DNA of 64,000 bases from an uncultured Gammaproteobacteria bacterium (GTDB lineage: Bacteria; Pseudomonadota; Gammaproteobacteria; Steroidobacterales; Steroidobacteraceae). Location of the stretch: assembly GCA_963747145.1 (NCBI GenBank), contig CAVVDZ010000006.1, positions 311,756 through 375,755 on the forward strand, written 5' to 3'. The notes beneath the pieces are model-generated. The model saw nothing but the letters and a program-made list of their open reading frames with translations. It was not told where the DNA came from and did not search any database. Below, in pieces: positions 61,659 to 64,000 of this stretch. Numbering within the stretch: position 1 is the stretch's first letter; the number at the start of each line of letters is the position of its first letter. Both the position numbers and the translations under genes were made by a program.

Positions 61659-62579
61659 TCAGCCCTGCTTGCTCTTGATCCGGAACCGGATCGTTTCCAG
61701 AAGGCGATGCCGGACTTTCCGCGGAATCCTGAGTGGGTGGCTCGTTCGACCTGCCGGATAGCCAAGGGATGCGAGCAACTCTCCCGCCAATTCATGCGCG
61801 ATCGCCTGGTCGGCGCCAGACATCTCCAGCTTCCACTTGAAAACCTGCGAGGCGTCCGGAGGACGCGAAAGGTTGCTGTGAATACCGGGGACCGCGGCCG
61901 CGGTCCGGACATTCCAATCCTTCGTATATCCATCGATCATTTTCGGTTCGAAATCTACGTTCAGGAATCCGCAGATCCTGCGGATGTTCGCCTCAGGGGA
62001 CAGTACAAGATCCTCAAACCGAAGTTCGAGCCACCGCTCAGATGGCAGCATCGCCAGCATCTTGCGGGCAATTTCAACTGAACCATTCCACTTGTTCAGG
62101 GCGGACAGATAATCGGGTGGGCCCCATTCCATGGCCAAAAGGGACATGGCGACATCGCGGCCATCCCGGATGATATGAATGAATTTGGCCGTCGGAAAAA
62201 GGCCATTCAGAACGTCGAGATCACGCAAGTAGGATGGAGTCTTGTCACCCCAGCGAGTTTTTCCAGCCTTTCTTGCATAGGTAGTGAAGAGTTCACTGAT
62301 CGCATGCGACAGGTCGGTCGCGTTGCCCAGCGCGAGGTCGCCCAAGTCAACTCGTGGATGCCAATTCTTGACGTGCCGTCCGCCAAGAATGTCCGCAAAC
62401 AGCTTGCGTCGTGCCTCGGGAGTCGCGAAATTGGAGGCGTCACTCCGCGTCTGCGCGAAATGAGTGATGAAATGCGACTCGTAGGGTATCGCTATCTCTG
62501 AGTGGGCCGAGAGCATGAAGCTCAGGAGTGTTGTCCCTGAGCGCTCGACACCCACGACAAAGATCGGCTCGGTCGACAT
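61659..62579 (-). CDS. Sulfotransferase family protein
   Basis: FVVGVERSGTTLL (5'-PSB loop), WGDKTPSY, and FIHIIRDGRDVAMS (3'-PB motif). Confidence 0.8.
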   Translation of the reverse strand: MSTEPIFVVGVERSGTTLLSFMLSAHSEIAIPYESHFITHFAQTRSDASNFATPEARRKLFADILGGRHVKNWHPRVDLGDLALGNATDLSHAISELFTTYARKAGKTRWGDKTPSYLRDLDVLNGLFPTAKFIHIIRDGRDVAMSLLAMEWGPPDYLSALNKWNGSVEIARKMLAMLPSERWLELRFEDLVLSPEANIRRICGFLNVDFEPKMIDGYTKDWNVRTAAAVPGIHSNLSRPPDASQVFKWKLEMSGADQAIAHELAGELLASLGYPAGRTSHPLRIPRKVRHRLLETIRFRIKSKQG

Positions 62580-62595
62580 TCAGTGCTCCCCAAAT

Positions 62596-63288
62596 CTACG
62601 CGCGGTCAATGACCGAAACGCCTGTCGCAAGGTGATCGCCGGTCCAGGCGAAACGACCTTCGACGCGATACTTGCGCGCGGCCGAAGCCAGCACGGGCGT
62701 CGACGGGTGCATCCGAAACCGCCGCTCGGTTGGCTGGAATTCGACCTCGAAATCGAGGAATTCGAATTCCTGCGCCACCAAGCCGCGCAGGGACTTGTAT
62801 ACGCTCTCCTTGGCGCTGAAGAACAGCTTCAGCCAGTCAGGCATGCCGGCAGGCTGGCAGGAACCTGCCCAGCTGGCCTCGGCGCCAGTGCACACGCGCT
62901 CTACGACCTCTTGCGGCAATGGAGTAGCCGGCTCGAGGTCGAGGCCAATCGCAAGAAAGCTCCCACGACGGGCCACTGCGACTCCACAGAGTCCATCACA
63001 ATGGGAGATGCTCCCGATCATGCCAGGCGGCCACTTGGGGGCACGATCGGCACCGATAGTCAGCGGAAACTCCGAAATTCCGGAATTCGACAGGATCTCG
63101 CGCGCCAGCAAGCGACCTGAGGCGAATTCACCGCGTCGCTTGGCGCCTGCCCGCGCTACGCATGCTGCCTCTTCAGGATAGAGGCGGGAGAAATCCGCCT
63201 GCCCGCAAGTCTGCGCAGTCAGGACTCCCGCCGGAAAGAGCTTGTCTATCAGCGAGGCCATGTCTTGCGTATCCAGCTGGAGAGACAT
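62596..63288 (-). CDS. 4'-phosphopantetheinyl transferase (EntD/Sfp type)
   Basis: KWPPGMIGSISHCDG, AIGLDLEP and LFFSAKESVYKSL motifs. The start may instead be the ATG at 63261. It overlaps the stop of the upstream hydrolase gene. Confidence 0.8.
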   Translation of the reverse strand: MSLQLDTQDMASLIDKLFPAGVLTAQTCGQADFSRLYPEEAACVARAGAKRRGEFASGRLLAREILSNSGISEFPLTIGADRAPKWPPGMIGSISHCDGLCGVAVARRGSFLAIGLDLEPATPLPQEVVERVCTGAEASWAGSCQPAGMPDWLKLFFSAKESVYKSLRGLVAQEFEFLDFEVEFQPTERRFRMHPSTPVLASAARKYRVEGRFAWTGDHLATGVSVIDRA

Positions 63289-64000
63289 TCGACCAGCAAT
63301 TTCTGTTGTTCAAGCCCGGTGAACGTGTGATCCGCATCCGGCAGGTACTCGTGATGTGCCTGACCTTGAAAGTCTACTGCGCGAAAATTATCCCAGAATT
63401 GATCGCGGTAGTTGTAGTGCAGCGACTGGCCACCCGTGTAAACATGCAACTGCCTTACGCCGCGAGCGGACAGGGTCTGCAGTCCGGATTCAACCTCTGA
63501 CTTTGGAGGGAATCGCCTTACGAATGTCGCCAAGGCATCAGGTTGCGCCCCTTTTCCCATTGGCAGTCCGAGCCCAGTCCTCAACCTGCCAATCAGTTTT
63601 CGCCCAAAACGCAGCCACGGCGCGAGATGGAAGACGCGCGGCGCGTAGTGATGATAGTGATGCCGCAGGTTCAGGTAGGCATAGCCGTCGATCTGGAAGA
63701 TGCCCACGACGCGCGGATCCGCCAGCGCCGCGCGAAAACTCGAATCGGCACCCGAGCAGATGCCGCCGAGGATAAAACTCGTGACGCCCTTCTTCTGCGC
63801 CAGGTAATCCATCGCCTGCCGCACTTCCGCAATCACCGCTTCGTCGACATGCATGCCATCCCGGCGCGGTTCGCTGTCCCCGATGCCGGAGATATCAAAC
63901 CGGAGTGTCGGAAATCCCGCGCCCGCCATTTGTCGCGCGAGCGTCACGTGCAGGCGGGACGGGCCGACATGATGAAGGATTCCCGCGTTCAAGATCAGCA
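63249..64000 (-). CDS. Alpha/beta-hydrolase-fold protein (the 5' end may lie beyond the window)
   Basis: ILHHVGPSRLHVTLARQMAGAGFPTLRFDISGIGDS...FILGGICSGADS...DADHTF. The elbow position carries Cys-Ser (GICSG) rather than the canonical GxSxG. The ORF reaches within 8 nt of the window edge. Confidence 0.55.
   Translation of the reverse strand, partial: LILNAGILHHVGPSRLHVTLARQMAGAGFPTLRFDISGIGDSEPRRDGMHVDEAVIAEVRQAMDYLAQKKGVTSFILGGICSGADSSFRAALADPRVVGIFQIDGYAYLNLRHHYHHYAPRVFHLAPWLRFGRKLIGRLRTGLGLPMGKGAQPDALATFVRRFPPKSEVESGLQTLSARGVRQLHVYTGGQSLHYNYRDQFWDNFRAVDFQGQAHHEYLPDADHTFTGLEQQKLLVECLSSWIRKTWPR

Overview
This is a high-GC chromosome segment, roughly two-thirds G+C by hand counts of sample lines, with gammaproteobacterial synteny.

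- **1-17.6 kb:** the conserved minus-strand housekeeping block rpsB-tsf-pyrH-frr-uppS-cdsA-dxr-rseP-bamA-skp-lpxD-fabZ-lpxA-lpxB-rnhB-dnaE. All of these genes are intact.
- **17.7-25.9 kb:** map-glnD-dapD on the plus strand, then pstB-pstA-pstC on the minus strand. Between 18099 and about 24604 all six genes are broken by dense single-base insertions. Every event I could reconstruct is a +1 insertion, and the flanks are clean. An unpolished assembly patch is the most likely explanation, not biology.
- **26-33 kb:** dapE, dsbB, phoU, a coiled-coil porin, pstS, phoR and phoB, forming a split Pho regulon.
- **33-40.6 kb:** tsaB, a DinG/YoaA helicase, GTP-PEPCK, a class III cyclase-FHA fusion, a degenerate RAYT/IS200-like protein, dusA and a Host_attach-like protein.
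- **40.6-51.9 kb (the most interesting part):** three paralogous secreted proteins built from 2, 5 or 1 He_PIG/cadherin-like repeats plus a C-terminal FN3 domain.
  - Two of the three are preceded by clear c-di-GMP-I (GEMM-I) riboswitch aptamers.
  - One aptamer lies directly downstream of a 1228-aa PAS/GAF/GGDEF/EAL enzyme.
  - typA, srkA and a small lipoprotein lie between the paralogs.
- **52-64 kb:** galE, then a GlrK/QseG/GlrR-like three-gene module whose regulator lacks the GAFTGA sigma-54 contact loop. After it comes a lower-GC glycan-modification island with two deacetylases, GT2, GT4, a CelD-like GNAT, a sulfotransferase, a PPTase and an alpha/beta hydrolase.

Isolated single-base insertions also hit dusA, the 5-repeat adhesin gene and galE. 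I saw no tRNA, rRNA, CRISPR array or intact mobile element.

The ORF track uses ATG/GTG/TTG longest-ORF starts and omits ORFs that run off the window edge, so I re-derived many start coordinates.
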